Shown in pieces: positions 37,902 to 47,991 of a stretch of DNA of 64,000 nucleotides. Below the pieces are notes generated by a model that ran no database searches, was not told where the DNA came from, and saw nothing but the letters and a program-made list of their open reading frames with translations. Position numbers and translations under genes: made by a program. Positions within the stretch are counted from its first letter, which is position 1, and the number at the start of each line of letters is the position of its first letter. Origin of the DNA: Clostridia bacterium (GTDB lineage: Bacteria; Bacillota; Clostridia; TANB77; UBA1234); the NCBI GenBank assembly GCA_017522765.1, contig JAFWYG010000005.1, positions 449,270-513,269 of the forward strand, read 5' to 3'.

Positions 37902-40526
37902 TTAGTGTGCATCATACCATGTTTTTCCATAATTTGCCTCTGCCTTTAGAGGCACTTTCATAGAAATGACACCTTCCATATTTCTAACTAATATTTCTTT
38001 TACAATTTCTAATTCACTTTCCTTAGTTTCAATAACCAATTCGTCGTGAACTTGTAAGATTAATTTTGATTCTAACTTTTTATCTTCTAGCTCTTTTTGA
38101 ATATTTACCATTGCTATTTTTATAATATCTGCAGCAGTACCTTGAATTGGCGCATTTTTTGCAACACGCTCTCCGAATTGTCTTACATTAAAATTATTAG
38201 ATTTAAGTTCTGGAATATATCTTTTTCTTCCCCATAAAGTTTCAACATATCCGTTATCTTTTCCACCTTGAACTAAAGCATCCATATATAATTTTATATT
38301 AGGATATGTCTCAAAATATTTTTCGATGTACATCTTTGCTTTTTTTCTAGAAATTTTTATATTCTCAGCCAACCCAAAATCACTTATTCCATAAACAATT
38401 CCAAAGTTTACGGCTTTTGCTTCACTTCTCATTTCTTTTGTAACTTCTTCGATTGGAGTATTAAAAACTTGTGATGCTGTTAAAGCGTGAACATCAATAT
38501 CTTCATTAAATGCTCTTATCATATTTTCATCACCAGACATATGAGCAAGCACACGAAGTTCAACTTGCGAATAGTCTGCATCTAAAAATACAAAACCCTC
38601 TTTTGCTATAAATATCTTTCTAAGTTCTCTTCCCAATTCTGTTCTTATTGGTATATTTTGAAGATTTGGTTCAGTACAGCTTATTCTTCCTGTTGCCGTT
38701 ACAGTTTGATTAAACTTAGCATGAATTCTTTGCGTTGTTGGATTTATTAATCCTAGCATTCCATCTACATACGTAGCTTTTAACTTTGCCAAAAATCTGT
38801 ATTCCAAGACTTTTTCTACAATCGGATGCTCTGCAGATAATTTTTCAAGCACCTCACTATCTGTTGAATATCCACTTTTAGTTTTCTTTATAATAGGTAA
38901 ATTTAACTTTTCAAACAACACCTCTCCTAATTGTTTTGGAGAATTAACGTTAAATTCTGATCCAGCCAATTCGCAAATCTCTTTTGATAAATTTTCAACT
39001 TTGCTACTCAAAGAAACAGAATATTCAGAAAGCATTTCTTTATCCACCAATACTCCCTCATATTCCATATCAGCAAGTACTTTCATAAGAGGCATTTCAA
39101 TTTCTTCAAATAATTTATATTCGCCTTTTTCTTTTAATTCATTTTCAAATTTTTCTTTACACAAATAAATATACTTAGCATACTTACAATAAGTATCCTT
39201 ATTGTCTTGTACAGGTTCATCACCAAACCCCGCAAGTGTTATTTGTGCCCCGTCTTCTTTTTTCTCAATTAAAACACCTATTTTTTCTAAAATCAAATCA
39301 TCTAATTTATATGTGCTTCTAGCTGGATCTAACAAGTATGCAGCTATCGTCAAATCAAACATTAGATTTTTAGGCACAATATTTTTTGCTTTTAATCTCA
39401 AATAATCTTTCTTTTCATCGTATCCAATTTTTAAGCATGATGATTCAAAAACATTTTTCACTTCTGCGTCATTTACATTAGTCGTATAATAAGCCTTATC
39501 ACCATCATATATTGCTAACTCTCCATTATTCCAATAATACGAAATATTTGTTTTTGAATTAATATTTAAGTTCGATATATCTTCTATTATCAATTCTTCG
39601 TTTTCAACATTTTTCTCTTCAGCATTTTCTCCAGCAACTAAATTCAACTTATCAATAAATGTTTTTAGTTGTAATTTAAAGAACAAGTTGTATAATTCAT
39701 CATTGTTAAACTCTTTTTTAGAAATATCTAAATTTTCAAAATCCAGTGGAACCTCTCTAAAAATAGTTCCTAAATCTCTTGATAAATATGCAAGTTCCTT
39801 GTTATCTATTAGCTTTTCTTTTAATTTTCCTTTAACACCTTCTAATTCTTCACCTTTATCTAAAGCATCATAAATCACATCTATGTTATTGTATTTAGTG
39901 ATAAGTGAAAAAGCTGTTTTTTCTCCTACTCCTGGCACACCAGGAATATTATCTGACGTGTCTCCCATTAATCCTTTGATTTGTATAAAATCTATCGGAT
40001 TAATTCCAAACTTTTCTTTTACTACTTCTGGAGAATAATCTGTGCTTTCTGTTTTTCCCATTTTTGTTGTAGGAATCCTTACAGTAACTTTGTCTGATAC
40101 CAATTGTAAAGCATCTCTATCTCCTGTTAACAATAATACTTCTATATCGTTATCTTCACCATATTTTGCAAGTGTACCTAAAATATCATCGGCTTCATAT
40201 CCTTCTAATTCCAATACAGAAATATTCATTGCTTTTAATACATCTTTTATTAGTGGCATTTGCACACGAAGTTCATCTGGCATACCTTTTCTTGTCGCCT
40301 TATATCCATCGTATTTTTTATGTCTAAATGTTGGAGCTTTCAAATCAAATGCAACACAAATATAATCAGGATTTTCTTCATTAAGTAATTTCATTAAAAT
40401 TGATAAAAATCCATAGATTGCATTTGTGTATACACCATCTGATGTCATAAGCATTTTCGCATTCATTATGCCATAAAAAGCTCTATTCATTATACTATTA
40501 CCATCTATCGCAACTAACTTTTTCAA
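37902..40526 (-). CDS. polA: DNA polymerase I
   Basis: 874 aa with the 5' nuclease domain, motif A DYSQVELRVLAH and motif B/C QVHDEL. Confidence 0.95.
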   Translation of the reverse strand: MKKLVAIDGNSIMNRAFYGIMNAKMLMTSDGVYTNAIYGFLSILMKLLNEENPDYICVAFDLKAPTFRHKKYDGYKATRKGMPDELRVQMPLIKDVLKAMNISVLELEGYEADDILGTLAKYGEDNDIEVLLLTGDRDALQLVSDKVTVRIPTTKMGKTESTDYSPEVVKEKFGINPIDFIQIKGLMGDTSDNIPGVPGVGEKTAFSLITKYNNIDVIYDALDKGEELEGVKGKLKEKLIDNKELAYLSRDLGTIFREVPLDFENLDISKKEFNNDELYNLFFKLQLKTFIDKLNLVAGENAEEKNVENEELIIEDISNLNINSKTNISYYWNNGELAIYDGDKAYYTTNVNDAEVKNVFESSCLKIGYDEKKDYLRLKAKNIVPKNLMFDLTIAAYLLDPARSTYKLDDLILEKIGVLIEKKEDGAQITLAGFGDEPVQDNKDTYCKYAKYIYLCKEKFENELKEKGEYKLFEEIEMPLMKVLADMEYEGVLVDKEMLSEYSVSLSSKVENLSKEICELAGSEFNVNSPKQLGEVLFEKLNLPIIKKTKSGYSTDSEVLEKLSAEHPIVEKVLEYRFLAKLKATYVDGMLGLINPTTQRIHAKFNQTVTATGRISCTEPNLQNIPIRTELGRELRKIFIAKEGFVFLDADYSQVELRVLAHMSGDENMIRAFNEDIDVHALTASQVFNTPIEEVTKEMRSEAKAVNFGIVYGISDFGLAENIKISRKKAKMYIEKYFETYPNIKLYMDALVQGGKDNGYVETLWGRKRYIPELKSNNFNVRQFGERVAKNAPIQGTAADIIKIAMVNIQKELEDKKLESKLILQVHDELVIETKESELEIVKEILVRNMEGVISMKVPLKAEANYGKTWYDAH

Positions 40527-40544
40527 ACTTTACACCATCCTATT

Positions 40545-41588
40545 TTATATTTCTTCACCAATATCATCTACATTAAATCCGTAGTCTGGTCCATTTTTTA
40601 TTCTTGTTCGCATATGAATATATTTTGTTATATCCACATCATCAGCATCTTCATATTGAATTATTTTTTTAGCTTCATCTCTAAGCAATTTCATGCATGT
40701 TTTTTTGTCATACTTAAATCCTTCAGCAGGTAATGGCAAAATTTTTACACCATTCTCGTCTCCTTGTTTTTTAGTTGTAACAAAAGCTCTTAATAAATAC
40801 GGCCACTCTGAAACAATAGCCATAGTGTCTGCTTCAGGAGCTTCCTTTTTCAATACCCCCATACAATAAATCGCATTTTCAAAAGTATTGTTTGAAGCGT
40901 TTTCTTTGCATGTAGGAATTCCAGATTGAGACCCTCCAAGGTATTTCCAAAAATAATTCATTATATCTGCTTCTGAAAAATGATTAATTATATATTGATT
41001 AATCGTATACTCATTAAGAAGTTGTTTTGATTTCCAATCTGCTTTAGTTTTTTCTGAAAACCATTTTACAAAAGTATATTCTTTTTTTTCTTCACTTCTA
41101 GCATTGAATTCATTCATCAAGGCTGCATTCAAATTATGATTCACATACATTTCTTCAATAATATTTCCTGTATATTCAGCAACCATTCTGTCTATTACTA
41201 CATCTTGCAAAAAAGAAAAATCCTCACAAAACTCAATGCTTCTATCAAACAATCTATTTACGTATGCACCATTACTCCAAAACTTTGTGTGACTTCCGTC
41301 TTTTCTAATGCCAACACCATCCCAACTATGACCACCGCTAAATATAATCATTTTTGGTTTGCGAGTACTAGTAAATCTTGCGGCAGTTTCAACCCTATCT
41401 TTTATTTTCTTAGATGTTGCTCCATAAACAGCTACACATGTTTTATCTAATTGTTTTTTATCATATCCATATAATTCATTCACGCCATCAATAAGCGGGC
41501 CAAACATTATATTATATATTTGTAAATCACTTAATCTATCAATTTGTTCAACAGATAAACTTTTTAAAGTTATCCTGTCACTATTCAT
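40545..41588 (-). CDS. DUF218 (YdcF/SanA-like) domain protein with a large insertion
   Basis: 347 aa with MIIFSGGHS and KENASNNTFENA, matching the DUF218 pattern. It lies 18 nt upstream of polA. Confidence 0.4.
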   Translation of the reverse strand: MNSDRITLKSLSVEQIDRLSDLQIYNIMFGPLIDGVNELYGYDKKQLDKTCVAVYGATSKKIKDRVETAARFTSTRKPKMIIFSGGHSWDGVGIRKDGSHTKFWSNGAYVNRLFDRSIEFCEDFSFLQDVVIDRMVAEYTGNIIEEMYVNHNLNAALMNEFNARSEEKKEYTFVKWFSEKTKADWKSKQLLNEYTINQYIINHFSEADIMNYFWKYLGGSQSGIPTCKENASNNTFENAIYCMGVLKKEAPEADTMAIVSEWPYLLRAFVTTKKQGDENGVKILPLPAEGFKYDKKTCMKLLRDEAKKIIQYEDADDVDITKYIHMRTRIKNGPDYGFNVDDIGEEI

Positions 41589-41637
41589 ACTTCTCTCATT
41601 CCTTTTAAACTAATAAAAATTAGTCTTTATTTCTCAA

Positions 41638-42048
41638 CTAAACTTCTAAAATTTCTTTTAGATTATTTAAAATTTCATCTATATTTTCATAAGGTATCAA
41701 CCTTATTCTTTTATTTCCTCTTATCATTGTACTCACTTTAGGAGTAATAGTTATATCATATATTCCAATTACTCTTTTACCTAATGCATCAGCAAGTCCT
41801 AATTCATAACCAACCCCTAACGAAGGAATTGTAACTTCTGCAAAAATCAAATCTGCGGACTTTAATTTTTCTTCTAAATCTTGAAACACATCTTCGTCTC
41901 TTTGAAATTCCTCTTTTTTTAGCACATCATCATCTGCAATATTTTTATCTACAACTTCCGCATATTGTTCTAATGCAGGAATCATTTTCTTGTATGTATC
42001 TAACTTTTCTCTTCCACCATATATCGAACCTGAAATATAAATTTTCAT
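41638..42048 (-). CDS. DNPH1/Rcl-like 2'-deoxynucleoside 5'-phosphate N-hydrolase (nucleoside 2-deoxyribosyltransferase fold)
   Basis: 136 aa. The N-terminal IYISGSIYGGREK resembles the DNPH1 motif GSIRGGR, and an acidic EVT...GVGYELG follows. Confidence 0.5.
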   Translation of the reverse strand: MKIYISGSIYGGREKLDTYKKMIPALEQYAEVVDKNIADDDVLKKEEFQRDEDVFQDLEEKLKSADLIFAEVTIPSLGVGYELGLADALGKRVIGIYDITITPKVSTMIRGNKRIRLIPYENIDEILNNLKEILEV

Positions 42049-42061
42049 ATTAACCTCTTCC

Positions 42062-43030
42062 TTAGTTTTTTCTTTTTAATTTCATCACTATTCTTTCAGA
42101 CATTTCTTTATTTACTCCCAAAGCAACTGCAAAAGCAGGATATCTGTCCCATAATTTCTTTTCAGCTAATTCTTTATCTTTAAAATCAGTTTCTCTTTCT
42201 AAGAAGTGTTTTAATTTAATCATGCTTTCTTTTTCATCTTCACCCAATTTTGTTAATTTGTTTTTTCTTAAAAATACAAGTCCAGCAATATACAATAATA
42301 ACAAAATCAAAAGTGTAAGCATAACATTAGAACTCAATCCCCACACAAAAGCAAAGAAGCAAAATATACATGAAAAGTATGTTACTTTCACTGTTCTGTC
42401 ACGATCTTTTACCCACCAATATTGGAATTTTTCTCTTATTTTATCAATCCATATTTGTTTTTTATAAAATCCCAAATTATACATATCTTCTTTTAAAGCT
42501 CTATAAAATTCAAAATTAATTAAAGATTTTAGATTTTGGTGCGCTTTTTCACAAGAACCTAAAATATAAATTTCATTTTTTAATAATCCGTCTCTGGTTT
42601 TCTTAGTGTCTACAACCAAATGATTATCTCTTTCAAGAATATATCCTTTTGCAATAAGATCTAACACTCCAGCTACATAGTCTTCTTCGAAAGTAGATTT
42701 AAAATCATATAACGCACCAGCTACCGCCGCATTATAATTAGGCAAATCTCTTGTATAAATGTACGTATCACTTTCGACATAAGTTTTGTTTATTTTATTT
42801 TTTGTTAATGATAGTAATTTTTTAATATGCACTGGTATAAACCAAAGGTTTGTTGCTAATGCAACAGCAATTCCTATGCCAATCCAAAATTCTAATGCAG
42901 CCAACAATTCAGAATCCATTCCAATAGCAACTTCTTCAAAAAATCCCGCACCATACATCACCGAAACCATTAATGTTGATACTACAAATCCAAAAATAAA
43001 AGTTCCTTTAATTAACGAAGAATATTTCAT
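42062..43030 (-). CDS. DUF2207-like polytopic membrane protein (paralog of 44279..45265)
   Basis: 322 aa with N-terminal TMs, a soluble middle part, central TMs and the C-terminal LWDRYPAFAVALGV motif. Confidence 0.45.
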   Translation of the reverse strand: MKYSSLIKGTFIFGFVVSTLMVSVMYGAGFFEEVAIGMDSELLAALEFWIGIGIAVALATNLWFIPVHIKKLLSLTKNKINKTYVESDTYIYTRDLPNYNAAVAGALYDFKSTFEEDYVAGVLDLIAKGYILERDNHLVVDTKKTRDGLLKNEIYILGSCEKAHQNLKSLINFEFYRALKEDMYNLGFYKKQIWIDKIREKFQYWWVKDRDRTVKVTYFSCIFCFFAFVWGLSSNVMLTLLILLLLYIAGLVFLRKNKLTKLGEDEKESMIKLKHFLERETDFKDKELAEKKLWDRYPAFAVALGVNKEMSERIVMKLKRKN

Positions 43031-43086
43031 CTTTTGTTCTCCTTTTTGTTATCATATTTAAAGTTTAATTTTTTTATCAATATAAC

Positions 43087-43653
43087 TTACCATACCTCTC
43101 CAACACCTACTTTTTCAAAAGTTTTTACATATCGTTTATTTGTTTCCTTTTCATTTACAATTACATGTACTGTAGTAAAACCAAAATGGTTATAATTTAA
43201 GGTATATACTCTAACATCTATAATATTATTTCTATCTTTTTTTTCGTCGTATGACTCATTATATATATGGTCTTTTTTAGGTATATAATTATTATTTATA
43301 ATAATATCTTCAATTTCATACTTTTCAAAAAAATCATTTAAGCAAAAACTCTCATATTCTTCTTCAGAATCATCAAAGACATAATTAGGGTTTTCTTCAT
43401 ATCTGTATTTTTTGCGAAACCTAAACATAGCATCCTTTATACCATTACCATTAGGAGGCATTCTATCTATATACGCATCCACACATAAGTTATATTCAGT
43501 TTCCAATGGAGGTATATTTTTTATTTCTTCTTGTACTGAAATTCTTTTTACTTCTTCATTCAGCAACCACAAGCATCCACAAACTAATATAATGCCAACA
43601 AAAGCAAGAACTTTTTTAAAAATTTTCTTCAATATATTCATTTCAAATCCCAC
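43087..43653 (-). CDS. Membrane-anchored protein of unknown function
   Basis: 188 aa with one N-terminal TM and a Tyr/Asn/Glu-rich ectodomain. No motif was recognised. Confidence 0.45.
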   Translation of the reverse strand: MGFEMNILKKIFKKVLAFVGIILVCGCLWLLNEEVKRISVQEEIKNIPPLETEYNLCVDAYIDRMPPNGNGIKDAMFRFRKKYRYEENPNYVFDDSEEEYESFCLNDFFEKYEIEDIIINNNYIPKKDHIYNESYDEKKDRNNIIDVRVYTLNYNHFGFTTVHVIVNEKETNKRYVKTFEKVGVGEVW

Positions 43654-43666
43654 CTTTATTTTTTAT

Positions 43667-44263
43667 TTATTTCTTCTTAAACATTTCTTTTCCAACTTTA
43701 CAAATAGGACATTTATAATCATCTGGCACTTCATCACCATAATAAATATATCCGCACACAGTACAAATCCAAGCTGTTTGCCCTTTTTCTGTTGTGACCT
43801 TTAATAATTCTTCTTTATGTTCTTGATAATATGCATAAGTCATTTCTTCATCATCACTTAACAAATCGGCTTCAACAACTTTTCCTATAAAAAGCGTATG
43901 AGTATCATTATCTATTGCATCTACTTTTTCGCAAATCATATAGCCTAACGTTTCATTTATTATTTTCACACCATCTATTTCTGTTGTCTCTATCTTTTCA
44001 AATTTATTAATATCCCTCATTGAATTAAATCCAAATGTTTTTATAATTTCTGGATTAACACTTTTTCCTAAAATAGAAATTGCAAATCTAGTGTTATCTT
44101 TCATTAAAGTGTTTGTATTATTCTTCTTCATCACAGAAACTGCAATTAAAGGAGTGTCTCCAAAACTTATTTGCGAAACAGCATCTACAATGCAACCTCC
44201 ATTTTCAGTTGTAAGTACATACATACCTTGAGAAATTTTATCTAATAATTTTATATTTTTCAT
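43667..44263 (-). CDS. Flavin reductase-like domain fused to rubredoxin (high-molecular-weight rubredoxin type)
   Basis: 198 aa with the C-terminal sequence CTVCGYIYYGDEVPDDYKCPIC. Confidence 0.8.
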   Translation of the reverse strand: MKNIKLLDKISQGMYVLTTENGGCIVDAVSQISFGDTPLIAVSVMKKNNTNTLMKDNTRFAISILGKSVNPEIIKTFGFNSMRDINKFEKIETTEIDGVKIINETLGYMICEKVDAIDNDTHTLFIGKVVEADLLSDDEEMTYAYYQEHKEELLKVTTEKGQTAWICTVCGYIYYGDEVPDDYKCPICKVGKEMFKKK

Positions 44264-44278
44264 AATACACCTCTCACT

Positions 44279-45265
44279 CTATTGGCGTTTTGCCGGCTCA
44301 AAATATACTTTTCCAGTTTCATATTTTATATCTATTAATTCAAATAACTTTTCAACTGTTCCAGTTTTGTTTAAATCAAAAATTATTGAATATAATAAAT
44401 ATTCTTCCCAAATTTCTAAAACTTCTTTTTCCGCTTGGGACAACATACTATAATTCTTTATATATTGTTTTAACCCCTCTATCTTCTTATTTATTTCTTC
44501 ACCTTTTTCAGTTCTTTGATAAGCAGTAGTTTGCATCACAGCATATGCCAAAACAGAAAGCGCGCCAAAACCAATAAGCTTTTTAAAGCCATACATAAAC
44601 AATATTACTGCTGCTATGGCAATAGTAATTGCAACGCCATCGCTTAACTCATTAAGTTTCTCTACATTGCTACAAAAGATAGCAAAACCACCAAAAAGTA
44701 AAATAGCATTTAATATTTTCTTTTTTACTTTCTTAATCATTCTTTCCTTTTTTGTTTTTTCAGTAAGCTTTTCAATCAAACCGTCTTCCAGAGCTTCTTG
44801 TTGCACTTCACTCAAGAAACCGTTTTCATTTTCCAATTTCACTTTACCGTCTTCAATACTTTGAATTATATAAACTTCACTTCTTTTTAAATTCTCTAAA
44901 TTGTAATCTAATACCGTTATCCCAGTTTCTTCTATCAATATTTTTTTCTTTAAATATAAGTTCATCAAAGTTGCACTAATTTCTCTTTTTGTTTTCATTT
45001 GGAAGTCATCAATATAACTTAATGATGCTATACTGTGTTCTTTTAATATATCTCTGTACAAATCGGCATCACGTTGGAAATCTATTTTACTAAGACTTTC
45101 CTTTCTAACATCTTCTGCAGCTTTTTGAAATGGTTTAATTATAGGGGATAACATCCATAAAAAAAGTTTCCCCAGTATCGATGGATTTTTTATAACTACT
45201 GCTATAAAAATGAATGTAATTAAAACAGATACTAAAGCAATCATATCCTCTGTCATTTTATACAA
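44279..45265 (-). CDS. DUF2207-like polytopic membrane protein (paralog of 42062..43030)
   Basis: 328 aa with the same architecture and the C-terminal EIWEEYLLYSIIFDL motif. It overlaps queH by 8 nt. Confidence 0.45.
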   Translation of the reverse strand: MYKMTEDMIALVSVLITFIFIAVVIKNPSILGKLFLWMLSPIIKPFQKAAEDVRKESLSKIDFQRDADLYRDILKEHSIASLSYIDDFQMKTKREISATLMNLYLKKKILIEETGITVLDYNLENLKRSEVYIIQSIEDGKVKLENENGFLSEVQQEALEDGLIEKLTEKTKKERMIKKVKKKILNAILLFGGFAIFCSNVEKLNELSDGVAITIAIAAVILFMYGFKKLIGFGALSVLAYAVMQTTAYQRTEKGEEINKKIEGLKQYIKNYSMLSQAEKEVLEIWEEYLLYSIIFDLNKTGTVEKLFELIDIKYETGKVYFEPAKRQ

Positions 45266-45806
45266 GTCCTCCTATTTGTTTTCTATATCTATCTTCCTCC
45301 GAATAAATACAACCGCAATATTTTTGCATGTATATACCAGCATCACGTGCCATTTGTTGTCCTATTCTATAACCCTCTCTAAAATCTTGATATATGAATT
45401 TGATATCATATTGTTTAGCAAGTTCTTCAGCTATTTCAATTATCATTTCATGATTTTGATAAGGGCTTACTAATAATGTTGTTGTGAATGCATCATATCC
45501 ATTTTCTTTTGCATACTTTACAGTCTTTGCAAGTCTTGATACATAACAAAATCTGCAACGCCCATCAATATCGTTTATTACACTTTTAGTAAATTCTCTT
45601 ATTCCATAATCATGATCAATAATAAGAGGAACATTGACCATTTCTGTATAAGTTTTTAAAGCCTCTAATCTAGCTTTATACTCCATAAACGGATGGATAT
45701 TTATATTGTACCAATATGAAGTAATATCTTCATATCCATCTTTTCTTAATTTGTCAATTACGTATGTTGAACAAGGTGCACAACATGTGTGTAACAAAAT
45801 TTTCAT
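45258..45806 (-). CDS. queH: Epoxyqueuosine reductase QueH (DUF208)
   Basis: 182 aa with MKILLHTCCAPCS... and C-terminal YCGCIYS. Confidence 0.85.
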   Translation of the reverse strand: MKILLHTCCAPCSTYVIDKLRKDGYEDITSYWYNINIHPFMEYKARLEALKTYTEMVNVPLIIDHDYGIREFTKSVINDIDGRCRFCYVSRLAKTVKYAKENGYDAFTTTLLVSPYQNHEMIIEIAEELAKQYDIKFIYQDFREGYRIGQQMARDAGIYMQKYCGCIYSEEDRYRKQIGGLV

Positions 45807-45817
45807 TTTTTCACATC

Positions 45818-46822
45818 CTAATTATCAAACTCAATTCCTAAATGTTCATATGCAAGTTTAGTCGCAGTTCTTCCTCTTGGTGTTCTATTCACAAATCCTA
45901 TTTGCATTAGATATGGTTCATACACATCCTCAATGGTATTTGCATCTTCTCCAATTGTTGCGGCTAAAGTTTCTACCCCAACAGGACCACCAGCAAATTT
46001 ATTTATAATTGCATCTAGCATTTTTATATCTGTATTATCTAAGCCTAGTCCGTCAATATCTAAACACTTCAAAGCTTTATCTGCAATTTCATCTGTGATA
46101 GTTCCATCAGCAACAACTTCCGCATAATCTCTAACTCTCTTTAAAAGTCTATTTGCTATTCTTGGTGTGCCTCTTGAACGCGAAGCAATTTCAGCTGCAC
46201 CCTTTTCAGTAATATCAATTTTCAAAATAGATGCAGAACGTTTTACAATACTTTTTAGTTGTTCATTATCATAAAGTTCTAGTCTATTTATGATTCCAAA
46301 TCTATCGCGAAGTGGTGATGCAATGTTACCAGCTTTAGTAGTCGCTCCAACCAAAGTAAATTTAGGTAAATCTAATCTAATAGATCTTGCACTTGGCCCT
46401 TTACCAATAATTATATCTAACGCAAAATCTTCCATAGCTGGATATAAAATTTCCTCAACGCTTTTATTCAATCTGTGAATTTCATCGATAAATAAAACAT
46501 CGTTAGGAGAAAGATTCGTAAGTAGCGCTGCTAAATCACCTGGTTTCTCAATTGCAGGTCCAGATGTAATTCTAATATTTGTATTCATTTCATTTGCAAT
46601 AATATTTGCAAGCGTTGTTTTTCCTAACCCTGGAGGTCCATACAATAATGTATGATCCAAAGGCTCTTCTCTTTTTTTTGCAGCCTCTATAAATACTTTT
46701 AAATTTTCTTTTACTTTTTCTTGGCCCACATAATCAGTTATATTTTTCGGCCTTAAACTTGTTTCTATATCTACATCCATATTTCCAAGCCCAGGACAAA
46801 CAATTCTTTCTTCTTCTCCCAT
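45818..46822 (-). CDS. ruvB: Holliday junction branch migration ATPase RuvB
   Basis: 334 aa with Walker [10 protein letters not shown], Walker B LFIDEIHR and sensor ATT...RDRF. Confidence 0.95.
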   Translation of the reverse strand: MGEEERIVCPGLGNMDVDIETSLRPKNITDYVGQEKVKENLKVFIEAAKKREEPLDHTLLYGPPGLGKTTLANIIANEMNTNIRITSGPAIEKPGDLAALLTNLSPNDVLFIDEIHRLNKSVEEILYPAMEDFALDIIIGKGPSARSIRLDLPKFTLVGATTKAGNIASPLRDRFGIINRLELYDNEQLKSIVKRSASILKIDITEKGAAEIASRSRGTPRIANRLLKRVRDYAEVVADGTITDEIADKALKCLDIDGLGLDNTDIKMLDAIINKFAGGPVGVETLAATIGEDANTIEDVYEPYLMQIGFVNRTPRGRTATKLAYEHLGIEFDN

Positions 46823-46834
46823 TTATTTCACCTC

Positions 46835-47320
46835 TTAATTTTTATTACCATACAGTTGAAAAGTTCTTAAGTGTAACATTTTTATTAAAACTTTTGGATG
46901 CGTTGCTAATGCATAATTGTATTTTGTAACTGCTTCCGAATATCTGTTTCTCACACTCTTCAACTGTTTTTCTAACCCAACCAAATGTTTAAACATTTCC
47001 TCTTGAAGTTCATTTTTTTTCATAGCATTTATCTTTTCATACAACTTCTTAAGTTCAGAATTCAATTCAGCATCTGCAATTATTCCATCGTCAAAAGAAA
47101 TTCTTGCTTTCTTTCTTCTTTGATCTATTAAATTTAAAATTTTTTTACTTAGATTTTTGTTATTCACATCTGGCAAAATTTTTAGTAAAATCAAATCTCT
47201 TGTTTCTAATAATTTTCTAAGCGATCTATATATTCTCACAACATCGAAATATTCTCGCAAATACACATTATAAAAATACATTCCGAATAACAAAACCAAA
47301 AATAATATTATTCCAAACAT
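46835..47320 (-). CDS. LemA family membrane protein
   Basis: 161 aa with an N-terminal TM, a YN..L..... helix and a C-terminus RNRYSEAVTKYNYALATHP like the LemA consensus. Confidence 0.55.
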   Translation of the reverse strand: MFGIILFLVLLFGMYFYNVYLREYFDVVRIYRSLRKLLETRDLILLKILPDVNNKNLSKKILNLIDQRRKKARISFDDGIIADAELNSELKKLYEKINAMKKNELQEEMFKHLVGLEKQLKSVRNRYSEAVTKYNYALATHPKVLIKMLHLRTFQLYGNKN

Positions 47321-47679
47321 ACATTACCTCTGTTCACATAATATCGGCAGTTTAACCCACCTATTCACCTTGTGATTTTATCACAATTGCTCCATATTTC
47401 CTACTTATTTTAATAAACATGTCGACTTTTTGTTGTTCTTTTTGGTTGCACACGAAAATAAAAGATGATAGAATCCAAATAACTGCATATACAGGTTAAC
47501 CCTAAGGCATATTTTGTAAACATAATAGTGGAAATAATTTTCTAGAAAGGGGCGTTTGTCAAAGTCTACTCTACTTTAATTTCAGCATTTAAGTGCTTGT
47601 ACAAGAACAAAAACGTATGTAATAACTGGCGACAAAACAGAATACAATTTACAAAGTGTATTTCAAGGAGGTATTTTTC

Positions 47680-47943
47680 GTGAACGACCTTTATATATAC
47701 GATCGTGCAAAAGATATCGCCAATTATATCGTCGCTAATAACGCAACCGTGCGTTCCGCAGCGAAAGTTTTTGGCGTTTCGAAATCAACTGTACATAAAG
47801 ACATAACTGAGAGACTCGGGACCGTTGATGCAGCTCTCGCCAAGCGCGCAAAAAAGATTCTCGACCAAAACAAAGCAGAAAGACACATTCGTGGCGGCGA
47901 AGCCACCAGAAAAAAATACGCATCTAAAAAAGCAAACGTTTAA
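47680..47943 (+). CDS. spoIIID: Stage III sporulation transcription factor SpoIIID
   Basis: The GTG start at 47680 lies 8 nt after AAGGAGG (the ORF track opens earlier, at 47656). TVRSAAKVFGVSKSTVHKDITERL and HIRGGEATRKKY match the SpoIIID signature. GC is about 43%. Confidence 0.8.
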   Translation: MNDLYIYDRAKDIANYIVANNATVRSAAKVFGVSKSTVHKDITERLGTVDAALAKRAKKILDQNKAERHIRGGEATRKKYASKKANV

Positions 47944-47955
47944 ACACATTAAAAA

Positions 47956-47980
47956 AGCGGAAGGACTTGTTCCCTCCGCT
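47956..47980. terminator. Bidirectional terminator between spoIIID and rubrerythrin
   Basis: Stem AGCGGAAGG/CCCTCCGCT has one mismatch, an A6 run before and a T-rich run after. Confidence 0.65.
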
Positions 47981-47991
47981 CTTTCTTTTTA

